From NCBI RefSeq assembly GCF_009834535.1, contig NC_045697.1:66776001-66840000 (forward strand): a stretch of DNA of 64,000 bases, given 5' to 3'. The notes below the pieces were generated by a model. It was not told the DNA's origin. It saw only the letters and a program-made list of their open reading frames with translations, and did not search any database. Positions 12,048 to 25,484 of this stretch are shown in pieces (the first letter of the stretch is position 1; each line of letters begins with the position of its first letter). Made by a program: the position numbers and the translations under genes. Source of the stretch: Camelus ferus. Taxonomy: Eukaryota.

Positions 12048-14699
12048 ATTAGAGTTCATAAATTTCAGTTCATTTTTTACCTGCAGACAAAACCTGTAAC
12101 CCTCCTTTTCTGACTAAGAAACTATTTTATTAATGTGTATTTAATAGGAATTGTCAAAATTTGTTTTGAAAGTAACTTACTCACATACCTAGCTTAGATG
12201 TCCTTTCATAAAATATGACATTAGTGTGACCTATTGTTTAATAAAACAGTTGTCCTAGCATTATTAAAATATTGCCCCTAATAATGAAGAAGGGATCTTA
12301 AATCTTAATTTACTTGAAACAATCAAAATATGAAGTGAAGGATTTCTGGGTGAGTGAAACAAATATGAATCCCAAATTTCCCATCTCTTTCTCAGATACA
12401 TTAATTCAGTAATTCCTGTCTCCAAACATTCACTGGGCATCTGCTAGGCTCTTGAAAGTCTTTTTGGGGTCTGGCTCCGTGAACTACCCTCAGAAAGCAC
12501 CCTATTGTTGGGATGCACCTGAGCCCTCAACCCACCTCCAGTTCCACTCAGCATGTTATTCCCAATGAAAATCGTTTGTCTTTGTGGCTCTGTAGGCAGT
12601 TTTGGGGACTATTCTGAAGTAAACCAAGTCATAATCCTTTTCTTTGCTTCTGCTGGAAAAGTTATATGCCAGAATTCTTACTTAGTTTAGTATTCTTGTT
12701 TTAGTGGTTCTGAGTCCAGAATTAAGTTTTCCAGACAAACACTTAGGAGTTCCAGGGCAATATGGAAACACACCCAGGGAACATGTGGTTGATGTGAGGA
12801 TTGCCTCCTTGGAAGTTAATAGAGCAGGGGCTGCTGAAACGTCATTAAATGGAAATGTACTTTTTACCTTATCTTGCTTTGGAAATTACCCCTCAAGATA
12901 GTCACTTTAGAAAGTGACTGTATACTCTCAGGGGCTTGCTTTAAAATAAACACACACACACCACTTAATGTAAGCGGCAACACCCCTAGAACATATAATG
13001 TTAAAAGAGGGTAAGAAAAGGGGCAGTCTAAGTGCGGGGGATTGTCTGGTTCCACGATCCCTGTCATGCATGGGCTCCATCTGCAGCTTTTTACAGTTTT
13101 TGGAGGAAGCTCAGTAATGCAGCTGTCTCTAATGTACTGTGAACCTTGAAAAGGAATTTCCTTTCAAGTAAGGACGGAAGTAGTTTGTGTGTGGGATGAT
13201 GGAGCTGAAGGTTTTGTTTAACAGAAAATAAAGTGCCGTTATGTAAACAAGCATCTACGCAGCATAAAGTCAGGAAGCCCAGTAGAAGTAAATGCTACAG
13301 GCACCTACACTCCTGTTTGAGAAAGACCTGGTTTGTTTTAATGATTTACTTGTGTTTCCTCACTTTTTGTGAGAACAGAGGCATCCAGCTGTTAGGTGAC
13401 TAGGTATGTGAAGTCTCACTGTTACTTCTAGTGGCAGAACCGGAACTTGGGATTCTAGAGTTTCTGTTCTTGTTCTTTTAAGAATGACATTTAAATCTGA
13501 CTTTAGGATTGCTATTTAGGCTGAATGTTTAGGAAGTACAAGTCTTTGCTATATGAACATTTTATTTAAGAGGCAGATTATAAAAACACCACCACCACCA
13601 CCACAAATAAATATTCCAGTGTATGACCAAAGCTCAGAGCTGGTAACTTCTGCATTGATTTTCTCATTTGTTATAATATGCACTAGATGGTAAAAAGTGC
13701 TGTATATCCAGTCACGTTTAGGCTGTCATAACTTAGTGCTCATGGGAATGCAGTTTACACACAGCTTGTTCTGAGCCACAGCACCACACCATCTGAGATG
13801 GGACGAAGTCAACGTTAGGAACACATTTGAGTTATTTTCTCAGAAAAAAAAAATTACATCCTGCCTTGAAAAATGGAGCATCCTTCCCGTTTTCTCTTAA
13901 GATTTCCTGCAAATGTTAAGCTAAAGAGGTTACTTGTAAAATATCCTGAGTAGCTCTGACTGCAAACGAGGAACATGACTCGCAGCTTTACACCTTAAGA
14001 CTGAGCTTGAACAGCACTACAGATTGATTTCTTAATGCTAATAAAGTTGCGAGGTCATTGTTCCTTCCCATTGTAGGATATCGCTTGTACAAAGACCCTT
14101 TAGATTAACACGTTGGGTCCTGTGATTTTGAGCAGTTGCTGTAGAATGTTTTAGAATAATTGATGACATGTCTTTGCCAGGTAAAGTTTCTGTAATGTTT
14201 ATCCTAATTTTTCTACCTGTCCATTGACTGTTTTCCTCAGTAACTGTGAAGCTGCACTGTGATTTTGCAGACTGAATGAGAATACTTGGTCTTTTGTTCT
14301 GAGACTTTCTTTTGATTCCTGTATTTGCTATTTAAAGAGTTTTAAAGATCTGAGGATTTCGTATCATCTATTCATACTCACAAGATACATGGAGCAAAAT
14401 TACCCACCCTCCAAAAAAAGTTCTATAGTGTTTGACTTCATAGTCTAGATTATTTGTTTATTATTCCTCTAGCTTTCAGTGAATCATCACCTTATTTACA
14501 AAATAATCAGAATGGTCTAGGGATTAAAAAGAAAGAGGCATTCTTATACCTACATGAAATACTAATCATCTAATAGGTAATAACTGACAGATTTTATTCT
14601 GGGTTTTGTGATTCACAAACCCAAGGATACAAACATCAATATTGTTATCCTTTCACTTGTAAATACTTGCATTTATAAATGTTAAGCACAGAGCAGATT

Positions 14700-15661
14700 A
14701 ATGATTTTACAGTTTAATAGCTATAGTAATTAGTGTGGTTATGGCCTAGGGTAGATACAGACTGATGCAATGTAAGAGAGTCATAAATATAAGAAAGCAA
14801 TATGTGTCCAAGGGGACACTGGAGATCAGCAGGAAAAGGGGAAAACCTCATCTCAAACCGTGTATAAAAATCATCTCCAAGTATATCAGAAAGCTAAAGG
14901 TAAATTTCAGAAATTGAGAATGTTTAGGAGAAAAATAATAGTAGCTGATGTCCCACATATTGTTCTAAACACTTCATAAATTCATTTAAATTCCACATGG
15001 CGTGAGATAGGTGTTTTTATTCCCCCTGTTCTGTAAATGAGGAAGCAGGTTCAGAGAAGTCAAATAATTTGTTCCAGATTACAGAGTGATGCTTGTAGAG
15101 TCTAGATTCAAATCAAGGCAGCATGGTGCTTGTGCCCATTCCATTAGCTCTGTGATACAACACCTCTTAGAGTAGATTATCTGTGTAGTTTAAGGTGAAA
15201 GATGCAAAAACCAGAGAACATGAGGAAAATGCTTTAGAATTTCTTAAAAGTAGTTAATAACAGCTCAATAAAGCAAATAATGAGCAAAAGAACAGCCTAC
15301 ACACTTGGAAAACATATTGCAAGATGTGTAACTGAGAAATGTTTATTATCAGGTGTATGCAAAGAATGTCTTCAAAAATGAGAAAAATACAAAAAATAAA
15401 TGTGTCAGAATACATGAACAGGCCATTAACAGGAAAGATGGTAACATAGAAAAGCTAAATAGAGGAATGCAAGTTAAAATAATATGAGCTACCAAGTTAT
15501 AGTCAACCGATTGGCAAAATAATTAAGTCTGAGATTATCAAGGTTTGTCAAGGATGTGGAGAAATGGGAACCCTTAACCACTGTTAGTTGTAAGCTAAAT
15601 TGTTTCAGCCATATTGAAGAAGAATATATCATGTTTAGATCTAGATTGTAATTAATAGTAG
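14700..15661 (+). mobile_element. Ancient L1M ORF2 3' remnants, interrupted by a MIR and a younger L1
   Basis: Degenerate L1 blocks: acctcatctcaaaccgtgtataaaaatcatctccaag; cttggaaaacatattgcaagatgtgtaactgagaaatg; tgtcaaggatgtggagaaatgggaaccctt. Confidence 0.7.
14940..15140 (-). mobile_element. MIR SINE
   Basis: tattccccctgttctgtaaatgaggaagcaggttcagagaagtcaaataatttgttccagattacagag. Confidence 0.8.
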
Positions 15662-15672
15662 AAATATTCATA

Positions 15673-16732
15673 TGGTTAAGCAGTAGTTTCTTAGATACGA
15701 CACCAAAAGCACAAGCAACAAAAAAATAATAAAATGGATTTCATCAATTAAAAACTCGCACTTCAAAACGCATCATCAAGGAAGTGAAAAAAGAGTCCAC
15801 AGGATGGGAGAATATATTTGCAAATGATATATTCAGTAATGGACTTGAATTCAGGTTATATTAGAAACTCTTAGAAACCAATGATAAAAAAGATAAATAA
15901 CCCCATTTAAAGATGTGTAAAGATTTGGACAGATATTTCTCCAAAGAATATATATGGATGACTAGCGATCACACAAAACGATGCTCAGCGTCATTAGCTA
16001 TCCGTGAAATTCAAATCAAAACCACAGCGGGGTACTACTTCACCCACTAGAATGGCTGTAATCACAAATTTAATAACCAGTGTTGGTAAGAATGTGGAGA
16101 AATTAGAACTCTCCTAGAAAATGGTGCAGTCCCTTTGGAAAACAGGCTGGTAGTTCCTCAAAACGTTAAACATTCAGTTTACCCTATGCCTCAGAAATTT
16201 CACTTCTAGGAACCACCCAAAGGAATAAAAACCAAATGTCCCCCCAAAACTTGTACACAGATGTTCACAGCAGCATCATTTGTAATAGCCAATAAGTGGA
16301 AACAACCCAAATGTCCATCAGCTGATGAATGGATACGCTGTATAATAGAATACTCTTTGACAGTCGGAAGTAATGAAGTACTGATACGTGCTATAACATG
16401 AATCAACTTTGCAAACATTATGCTAAGTGAAAGAAGCCAGGTGCAAAGACCACATATTGTCTTATTCTACTTACATGAAAAATCTAGAATAGGTAAAACT
16501 ATACAGACAGAAACCTGATCAGTAACCCCAAGTTGCTTGGGCTAGGGGGCCGGGAACAAGAATGGGGAGGGATGGCTAATGGGAATGGGACTTATTTTGG
16601 AGTTGTGAAAATAGTCTCAATTTACATTGTGATATTGTTGCAAAATTCTGTACATATACCAAAAAGGATTGAAATGAACGTGTTAAATGGGTGAATTTAT
16701 GACATGTGAATTATATTTCTATAAAGCTTCTA
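15673..16732 (+). mobile_element. L1MB-like LINE-1 3' fragment (ORF2 C-terminus plus 3' UTR) with 11-bp TSD
   Basis: Classic L1 blocks (caaatcaaaaccacagcggggtactacttcacacc; gaaacaacccaaatgtccatcagctgatgaatggata; aacattatgctaagtgaaagaagccag). Flanked by aaatattcata at 15662-15672 and 16733-16743. Confidence 0.93.
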
Positions 16733-17952
16733 AAATATTCATAGTAATGGTAAGTAGCAAATTTAGGATTTCGGGGAGCATGGGAGAAGAGACAGGCACT
16801 CATTTGGCTTTATTATATTTTATTCCTTAATGATTAAAAAATCCCTTAAGATTTTTATAAAAACAAGTTGTGGGAACCCAGTATTCTCTAACTTTTTGCA
16901 GGGGGGGATTTATTTGTAGAATTTTATATGAGAAAAGAGACAACTAGAAACAGAATTAAGTATATACCCACCCACCAGCCCCCTTTCAGCTAGAAGCACT
17001 GTGGGTTTTACTTTCCTCTAATAATTGAAGACTTTGATTCTAGAAAATATTCTCTACAAATGAAATACTGAATTAGGGCTCCAGTATTGACTGTTGTTTT
17101 CTCTTTCTGGTATCAATTATAATGTTTTATTTCTGAAATCAGAAATTTAGTGGGACAGTTTTGTCATTGTATCGGTTGGTTTATGAGAAAAATTCCTTGT
17201 GATTAAGGGTTACCATTAGTTCTGGTTAAAATCAGATCATTTTTCCTTTGCTAAACACTTAGAGTAGCCCACCTGCAACCCTGCTTGTTCAACTAGTGGG
17301 AAAAGATACCTGCTTGGGACAGCTGCTGTTTATAATTTTGCACCCGGGCCTTGTGGGAATCTGTTAATTTGCCTGTGAATCTTTATCATGAACTCCCCTT
17401 GTGCAGATGAAGAGATTGTGTTAGGGACAGAGAGCATGCCTGTAGGCTAGGAAGGCTCATTCCTGAATCAGAGGCTCCCGTTGCTTTTCTCCTTGTTACT
17501 GCGGCAGAAATGCCTTTCCCGTAGAGTAGTTGGGAAATGGCCCGCACTGACAAGACCTTCGCAGATAGGAGACACTCATAGTCATAACAAAAACATTTTT
17601 CCCCAGAATATTGTTTCATGCTTCTCCTACTCAGGGCCATAGCCGTCATTAGGATGGGAAAATGACCTCAGAGCCTTGAGGTTTATACATCAGAGTATTA
17701 ATAACAAGTGATGCTAGAGTTGATTCAGGATAAGTTGGATTGTGGTTGTGACAGCATTCAAGTACACTTGAAATGAAGTTGCCCTGTAGAATACAGGTTA
17801 AGTAAGAGTTCTTTCATTTAACTCTAGAGCCTATAAACATAAGAGTGATTGGAATAGTTTAGACAAAAATCAAAGGATGAGAAAATGTGCAGAGCCAGAA
17901 GGTTGTGTGGGGAGCTGGGTGGTGCACAAAAGCTAGATTGTAACTAGACAGA

Positions 17953-18130
17953 CAGTGGTTTTCAAATTGTGGTCCCTGCAGTAGCATGACATGGGAACCT
18001 GTTGGAAATATAAATTCTTGTGTCCCAACTCAGATCCACTGAATCAAAAACTCCAGGGAATGAGTCCAGAAAACTGTTGTCACAAGCCCTCCAGGTGACA
18101 CTGATGTGCAGCTGAAGTTTGAGGACTCTA
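17953..18130. mobile_element. MER5A-like hAT DNA transposon
   Basis: cagtggttttcaaa terminus, atgggaacctgttggaaatataaattc, cactgaatcaaaaactc, caagccctccaggtga, aagtttgaggac end. Confidence 0.9.
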
Positions 18131-18700
18131 GACCAAATTATATTGCTTGGTGAATAAGCTTGAACTAGACCTCACAGACAATGGAAATTCATGGAAGATT
18201 TGTGAGCAGAGTTATGGAATGATTAGTGTTTTAGGTAGATAGTGGAGTCTTCTATCTTATTTTTCTAGTAAAGGAATTTTAGTTTAGGAAAATATAAAAA
18301 TACCACCATATCTAGCAATGTGATTTAATCCATAGAAGGGTATGTTAGTTTGTAATCTCTTATAATTAAATATGAGTTGTCTAAGGACTTAACAGAACTT
18401 TGGAAGTTTCAAACTTAAGTGATTTTTGTTCACTATAAATTATAAAATGATGCTTCCTTTTGTTTGCCATTTCGTTCCCTAAACTTAAAGTATTTTGCAG
18501 TTCTAACAGGACCTAGGTGTACTCTTAAATCCTGGAGATGTTCTCCAGATAAGTTTAGAAACTGGCTGAAGGCATTTCCCAGGTCACTTTACTGTGTAAT
18601 TTTTTCCCAAATATGTTTTGCATTTTAAATGTTTTCATTTTTCCTCTTAATCTTGTTATGCATCAGCAACACATGATGTGTTGGCATCTTCTGGAATAAG

Positions 18701-18761
18701 ATTTGTTCCAAGTGAAAAGGACTAGGTTCACATTTGTTCCAAGTGAAAAGGACTAGGTTCA
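18701..18761. repeat. Perfect tandem duplication, period 31 bp
   Basis: atttgttccaagtgaaaaggactaggttca at 18701-18730 and 18732-18761, with no mismatches. Confidence 0.97.
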
Positions 18762-19539
18762 GAAAATCTAGTTGGCCAAAAAGTTTACCCAACAGAAACC
18801 TATATTGAATCTAAAAGGAATGTGCTCACATTCTCCATCAGAATTAAAATAGAATGAAGCCAAGAAAGCACTATTCAAAATTCGCTGGTCTTTGTTCTGC
18901 ATGAACAGCATTAACCAAATATATCATTGAGTCCTATAAATAACAGACAACATGTTGAAAAGATCTTTTACCTTTGAGTCTGACATGGGGCTGACTGCAC
19001 AAAATCTGATTATATCACGGATCTCCTTAAGAGTCTTAAGATTCACTACCATAATTTCACTTTACTTCCCAATGGTTTTATTTTTATGTTAAATGAAATG
19101 TTGGTATTAACATTAAGCATTTTTACTCCTTAATGACCTAAGCCTGTAAAATATCCTAGAGCATATTTTACTCAGATCTTATCCAAGAGTTAACTGTTTG
19201 GGAAAAGGCAGCAGCCTTTTCTGATGGAAATCAAAATAACTGAATTTTAATTGTTGCCCTGCTATTCAGTACTTATGTGAGTTTGGACATAAGCTTCAGT
19301 GTCTCAGAGGATGAGGTGACATATGAAAATATTGAAATAGTTTATATGAAAAGTTGGAGCACAGATATTAAAATAAACATAGAAACCATTCAGTTATTTC
19401 TTAATTTACATACTTTAATTACACACCTAGCAACGTCCAGTGTTGTAACATGCCCTGTGAGTCCGAGGGAATACTTGCTGGTCACATCCTGTAGGGGAGG
19501 CAGGCAAATACAAAGAATACTTTGAGAGAAGGTACTTGT

Positions 19540-19865
19540 GTATCTGACTTAAGACATATCAGCTGGGTTGACAGTTAAAAGCTGAGGAGGAGTAATTGGA
19601 ACAAAAAAGGGAAGTAAGTTCCAGATAGGGGAACCAGCCTGAGCAGAACCCCAGAGAGACCTGAGGAAGCGTGGTATGGCCAGTGGACTGTGGAGGTTAG
19701 TGTAACTGCAGAGTTGGAGGTGAGGGGTAGTGAGGGGCTAATGTGAGGTTGTAAGCAGGAGACAGAAGATGTAGCTGTGTGTGGGCCCAGGCTGGGAAGC
19801 ACATACTCCAGTGGGTTGCATAGGTCCATGACTAGCTGTTAGGAGGAAGCCACATAATCATATTT
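19540..19865 (-). mobile_element. L2 LINE fragment (outer element, left part)
   Basis: Purine-rich antisense L2 pattern: gttccagatagggggaaccagcctgagcaga..; gaggaagccacataatcatattt. Confidence 0.6.
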
Positions 19866-19869
19866 CCCA

Positions 19870-21130
19870 CTGTCTTCCCTTTTGGTTAATGGCGGTTCCA
19901 TTCTTGTAGCTGATTAGGACTAAAACCCTTCCCATTATCGTTATCTCTTCATTATCTCTCATATGGTACACACCACCCATTAGAGAATTATTTCAACCCT
20001 GTCTATATGGGGCACCCATGTGCACTGCTTCACAATCCCCTTGGGGTTCCCACTTACTGCTGTCATGGGTACAGCCAACAGTTCCATGAAGGCATTACCT
20101 TGCTTTATGAAGGTGGACTTGGATACTGTCTTACCCCTTGGCCTCCTGCCCTGCAGCCTCTTTGATGCAGCACGTGGAGCTTGGGCAGGAACCATGCTGT
20201 GCTCACACACAACTTGCAAAGAAGAGGCTGATAACTGCCCTGGGCCAGACATGACCAATGGGGGATAGGAGCTGAGCGATAATTACTTCTTTTCTCCCTA
20301 GGACGGATAAATACTGAGACTAGTGTCATACCTCTAGTGGGGGGAGCTAGATGAATCATCCTCAATTTGCCATTTCTTTTCTCCCCTGTTTGCCATCCCT
20401 GGTCATGCACTCCTGATTCCTGGGGTGACATTCCCTGTAAACTACCTGTTTGCAAGCAGTTGTCTTAGGCTCTACTTTCCTGGGAAGTTAAGGTTATAAC
20501 AGTGCCTTCAAAACCCACCTTGAATCTGTCCACTTCTCATCACCTTCCCCGCTACCACCCCTGTTCACACCACAGTCAGTGCTTGCCTTCATCACCACAG
20601 TCATCTGCTCACTGGCTCTCTGCTTGTATTTTTGACCTTCTAGTCTATCCTTAGCACAGCAACCTGAGTAGAAGTTCCAACAAGGCCCCCTAGGACCTGT
20701 CCCTCTTTCCTCTCTGACCTCACCTCCTGCTGCTGTTCCTCTTGCTGGACAAACTGGTACCTGTTGCTCCTTAGGGACCCCAGGTGCACTTCCACCTCAG
20801 GCCTCCTGCTGCTCTTTCTTCTGTTTGGAACTCTCTTCACTTTCCCTTCTCAGAAATGATGCCCCAGTGAGGAAATTCTGACCATTCTCTTTAAAATAAC
20901 CAACACTTCTGTCTCCCTTCCCTGCTTTACTTCTCTCCTGCACTTAGCATAATTAATATGCTTTCATGTTTATTTTGCTTTTCATCTCTTTTTCGTCAGT
21001 GAATATAGCCTTTGTCAGGGCAGGGAATTGTGTCTGTATCTTTCCACTGCTATATCCTCGGGCCTAGAACAGAGCCGGATACCTGATAGGTGCCCCCAAG
21101 TAATTATTGAGTTAAGCAAGTGAATGAATG
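19870..21130 (+). mobile_element. L2a-like LINE 3' region interrupted by an LTR16 solo LTR
   Basis: aatggcggttccattcttgtagctgattagg before the LTR. After it: ccttcaaaa..gaatctgtccacttctc...gggcagggaattgtgtctg..cactgctatatcctcgggcctagaacagag...gtgaatgaatg terminus. Confidence 0.85.
19975..20501 (+). mobile_element. LTR16-family (ERVL) solo LTR
   Basis: tgaccaatgggggataggag; ttcctggggtgacattccctgtaaactacctg..ttgtcttaggctctactttcctgggaag..ataaca resembles the LTR16 3' terminus. 5' boundary approximate. Confidence 0.78.
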
Positions 21131-21139
21131 TGTGTTTGA

Positions 21140-21600
21140 GAAAATGTAATAATGGCTGTGGTAAAAGATGATTAGAGGAAGGCAGAGCCAGAGAGCAGAG
21201 ATGAGGAGTCTGTTGGTAAGAAATGATGAGGGCCACATTTAGCATCTTTTAACAGCATCAGGGAGTCGAGGAAGGATTACAGAAAGATTTAGAAGAGGCA
21301 GATAACTGAAATGATTGTGTTGTGGATGGATTGAGTGAGAGAGGGAGACATCTAGGCACATTGTCAAGTTTCTCTTTGGCAGCAGCGTGGGTGGTGGTTA
21401 TGTTCATCGGAGAGATACTGAAGAAGGGGCAGGTTTAGAAAGGACAAGGAGAGGGTGTAGAGGCTTCAGGAAGAAGGAAGGGGAACTTCAGATTTAAATA
21501 TGCTGAGTTTGGTGTATCAGCAAGACTGTTAGCATGAAATGATAGAGACCCTGCAGTCAGGTGACTAAAACACTAGAGCTCAGAAAAGGGTACTTGGGTG
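21140..21600 (-). mobile_element. L2 LINE fragment (outer element, right part)
   Basis: ttcagatttaaatatgctgagtttggtgt; actagagctcagaaaaggg, typical antisense L2 ORF2 remnants. Confidence 0.65.
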
Positions 21601-22757
21601 TTAACTAGTGCCTGGGAAGGGAATTGTACCTGGAGGCAGGCTAGTGACCTTACACAAATCAACAAGAAAAACCATGTATTACTCCATGTTCCTTCAGGAG
21701 CATAGGATCCTTAACTGTTGCCGTTATTTCTTTCCTTGACTCTTTTTAAGAAAGTTTTAAAGAGAAACCCTTGAAAAAGAGAAAAGAAAAAATGTCTCTG
21801 ATTCATTTTTGTTGGGATTTTTGAAAGAATGAAAAGGGCATTTATCTGAGGATGAAGCATCTAAGTACCTCCAGAGTACAAAGAATTTACCTTCAGCTTG
21901 CCCTGGGTAGCCTCAAACTCTACATTTTACTTTCACAGCCATCTTCTTTTATTGAAAACATATTGAAGTACATTTTTTTTTCCTTTAGTCACCGGAAATG
22001 AGTATGTTCTTTAGTAAAACATCCAGAATGCACTTAATGAAAAAATGTCTAAATGTTTCAAGTAAGATTTCTGGTATATATGTCTCTGTTTAATAATATA
22101 ACTTTTAAGTGGTTGTGTTCTTCACCAATATATTTTTCATGTGTTTTGAAGCTTAGATTTGTGCCAATGGCTTTCATTCCTCTGGTGATTTTTATTACCT
22201 TATTTAGTTGAGAAGAGTCGAGCATTTTGAACTGGTCTTCAACCTAGACATTTATTTAACAATTTGATTTCTCAAGGGAAGACACGCTTGGAAGAGATTA
22301 CTGTATACAAATCTCTGGGCCAGTAGAGGATAGGCGTGGAAAAGATACTGAATCAAAACCAAAATCACTCTCTCTGATCTGTGACGTCTTGTAGTTGGTG
22401 AGTGCACCTTAGCTTTGGGTGATATCTTTGACTGGTTATTTGAATTTAATCCTTGCTATTTGGTCTCATGTTAACACTTTGCATTACATGACGATGTCAG
22501 TGATCTCACAGCCTTAACTTGGATTGGATGCTCACGAGAGCACAGAAGCATTAGGGGCTACATGGATTTTGAATGCATACATGAGATCTAAATTATATCG
22601 CTGACAGTGAAATTATATACCTTTTATTAGATGGAAGAAATTCCAAGAACCACAATTCCAGTGCCCTAGATAGTCCAGATTTAATTAAAAGGACCTTTTA
22701 TGTTTACTTAAAAAAGAAGCTTGGATATTTTGGGAAACTCTGAAAACTAAGAATAAC

Positions 22758-23241
22758 TGAATTAGGGTTCTCCATAGGAACAGAATCGATAGGAAATACG
22801 TATATTTTTTTCCATAAGGAATTAGCTCAAGTGATTTTGGAAGCTGACAAGTCCTAATAACTGCGTGCAGCAAGTTGGAGACCCAGGAGAGCCAATGGTG
22901 TAGTTCTTAGCCCAAAAGTCGACAGCTTGAGACCCAGGAAGTGCTGATATTTCAATTTGAGTCTGAAGGCAAGAAAAAATGTGATGTCCTAGCTTAAAGG
23001 CATCAGGCAGGAGAGACGCCCTCTTACTTGGAGGAGAGTCAGCCTTTCTGTGTTGTTCAGGCCGCCAGCCGATTAGATGAGGTCCATTTGCGTTAGGGAG
23101 GGTGAACTGCTTTACACCGTCTATCAGTTGTAAATGTTAAACTCATCCCAGGCGCCGTCACAGAAATACCAGAATAACACTTGACCGAATATCTGGGTAC
23201 CCATGACCCAGTCAAGTTAGCACATAAAGTCAATCATCACA
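22758..23241 (-). mobile_element. MLT2B-type (ERVL) solo LTR with 5-bp TSD
   Basis: TG...CA termini (tgaattagggttctcc ... aagtcaatcatcaca), internal ggagacccaggagagccaatggtgtagttc, and flanks ataac / gtaac (one mismatch). Confidence 0.93.
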
Positions 23242-25484
23242 GTAACCTATTTCAGAATCTGTTCAAGTTCAATTAACTAGTGAGCATTTTAGGCATAGCT
23301 CTGTAGACTCAGCAGGGGGTAAGACATTTTGAGTATCTAACGAAGTAGAAAGCAGGTGTCAGGTAATGCTTAGTAAGATCAAAATTAAGTAACAGAAAAC
23401 CAAGGAAAAATGCAAGTTTTTAGTGTTTACACTTTTCACCAAGACATTTTTCTTGTCTATTGAAACTAACTACATGGAACTAAAATTGAGTTCTTATTCT
23501 GAACTTTAAATTATTAAAACAGACATTAGGAAAACCATATACATACTTTTTTCATTTTTATTCGTTTTAAACTTTGTTCATATCACAGTACACATTCATC
23601 TGGAAGGTGGTAGCATAATAATAAAGTAACGAACCAATGAAAGCTCAGTCTGTTAAAAAATTAGTGTGTCTAGTGGATGTACAAGAAAAAAATTTTCTTT
23701 AGCAGTTTTTGCCCCTGAGTTGTGTTAATCTATTCTTGCATCATGTTTGTGGCCCACTGTTTTGTGCCATGTGTCTCTGAATTCAGGTCATATAAAATGT
23801 TTCTGTACTTACTGGACATTATAGGTAAACAAAGTTTTGATCTTATTATTTTGCAAAAGAATGAGACCCCTTATAAACATAAGATAATTATTTAGCCACA
23901 AAGCATAGCTTAACAAACAGTCATTACACATATCTCCCTCCCCACCTCACCTGTACCCAGTCCATCCAGACTTTAGGAAGGAAAAGATACAATGCAACTG
24001 GGGAAATGATTTTAAGAATTTAATGACTGTACTTGGGTTATTTAGATATTTTAGAGTCAAATACAAAGCAAAAATCTGATTATTTTTTAATTTAAGAATA
24101 AAAAACATTTAAATGAATTAGAATTCTGAATTTGGCTCATATTGGAAATTATAGAACTAGGGACTCCATTAAATAAGCATATTCATTTTCTCAATATTTA
24201 TGTCATATTTTCTTCAAGTTTGACTGATGTATCCTTTATCTCTGGTTGCTTCATAATGGCAAGGTAGTTACTTCTACAGTCCAGAGACTTTTGAGGGCAG
24301 GGGGTCTCTTTATAGGAACTTACTTGTTTGTCTCTCTTGGTTGAGGAAACAAAAGTTTTAAGAGGAAAGGGAAAACTATACATTTGGAAATAGCAAATAT
24401 GTTTTCCCCTCTCTTGCAGTTACCTTTTTCAGACTGATTTAGTGAATCAGATGTGGTAGGTTTGGAGAGACTTGTTCTCAGTGAGTTAATGTTTGACTTG
24501 CCAGGCCTTTTGCACTTCCTAGGGTGACCTTGGGAACACCGACGTGGCCTTGATATCTTGTGAGCATCTCCCACCCTTTGGCAACTGGGAAATATTCGAG
24601 GCTATGGCTTCATCAGGAGAAGTCAGTCTGTATGTTGGTATTACCTGACAGCTGTGTAGGATTGATGTAAAATGCAACACTTTGGTGAATGCTTTCTTTG
24701 AAGTCTCAAATCCAGTGTGAAACCTTTTTTGTTTTTAATATGAAAAAGATTTGTGGCACTTTCATAATAGCTGGGCCTGCCCTGTTGATTTAGATCAAAA
24801 TCATTTCCTCCCAACATCATAACCATTTTACTGTTCAGTGGTGCAGAAGGCAGCATAAAGAGTGAGTGAAGTGTTTTGGATTGTTTAGAATTGCATGAGT
24901 GATAAAAATGAAAATATCTCTGGCAGAGGTGATACTGTGGAGAACTTCGTATAAAGGCAACAATGAAAATCTCTCCACACTGAGAATTTCGCCAAGTGTC
25001 CTGGTGATGTGAGCCATTTGGACGAATACCTAACACAGCTCCGAACACTTACATTTCCACTTAAGCTTTCATCGTGGCTGCTCTCCTTTGGAGTCTCCGC
25101 TGTTTTCTCTTTCAGCTTTCAGGGAGAGAAAACACAAACTCCTCTTAATGTTTAATGAATATTTATGAAGTCCTTTGACAATTAAGGGCTCATTAAAATT
25201 CACTTCAAAAGAAAAGAGATTAAAAAACACTTTAAAGACCAAAGCGGAATATGGAGGCAAGTAGAAACTCGCATTTCTCTCTCCCACTGTAAGTCAGAAA
25301 CACTGCAAATGAGCTGAGATTCTTATCAGAGCGATTCTAGGTAGTAGTGTATGTCCAGTAGGCGGACGTGATTATTGCACGGTGACTTTAACTTTGCATT
25401 GGCTGTTGTCTTGGTGAGTGTTTTTTTTTTTTTCCCCCTGTAGATACTAGGAAATCCTGCTTTTATATGACATACCTTCATGGG

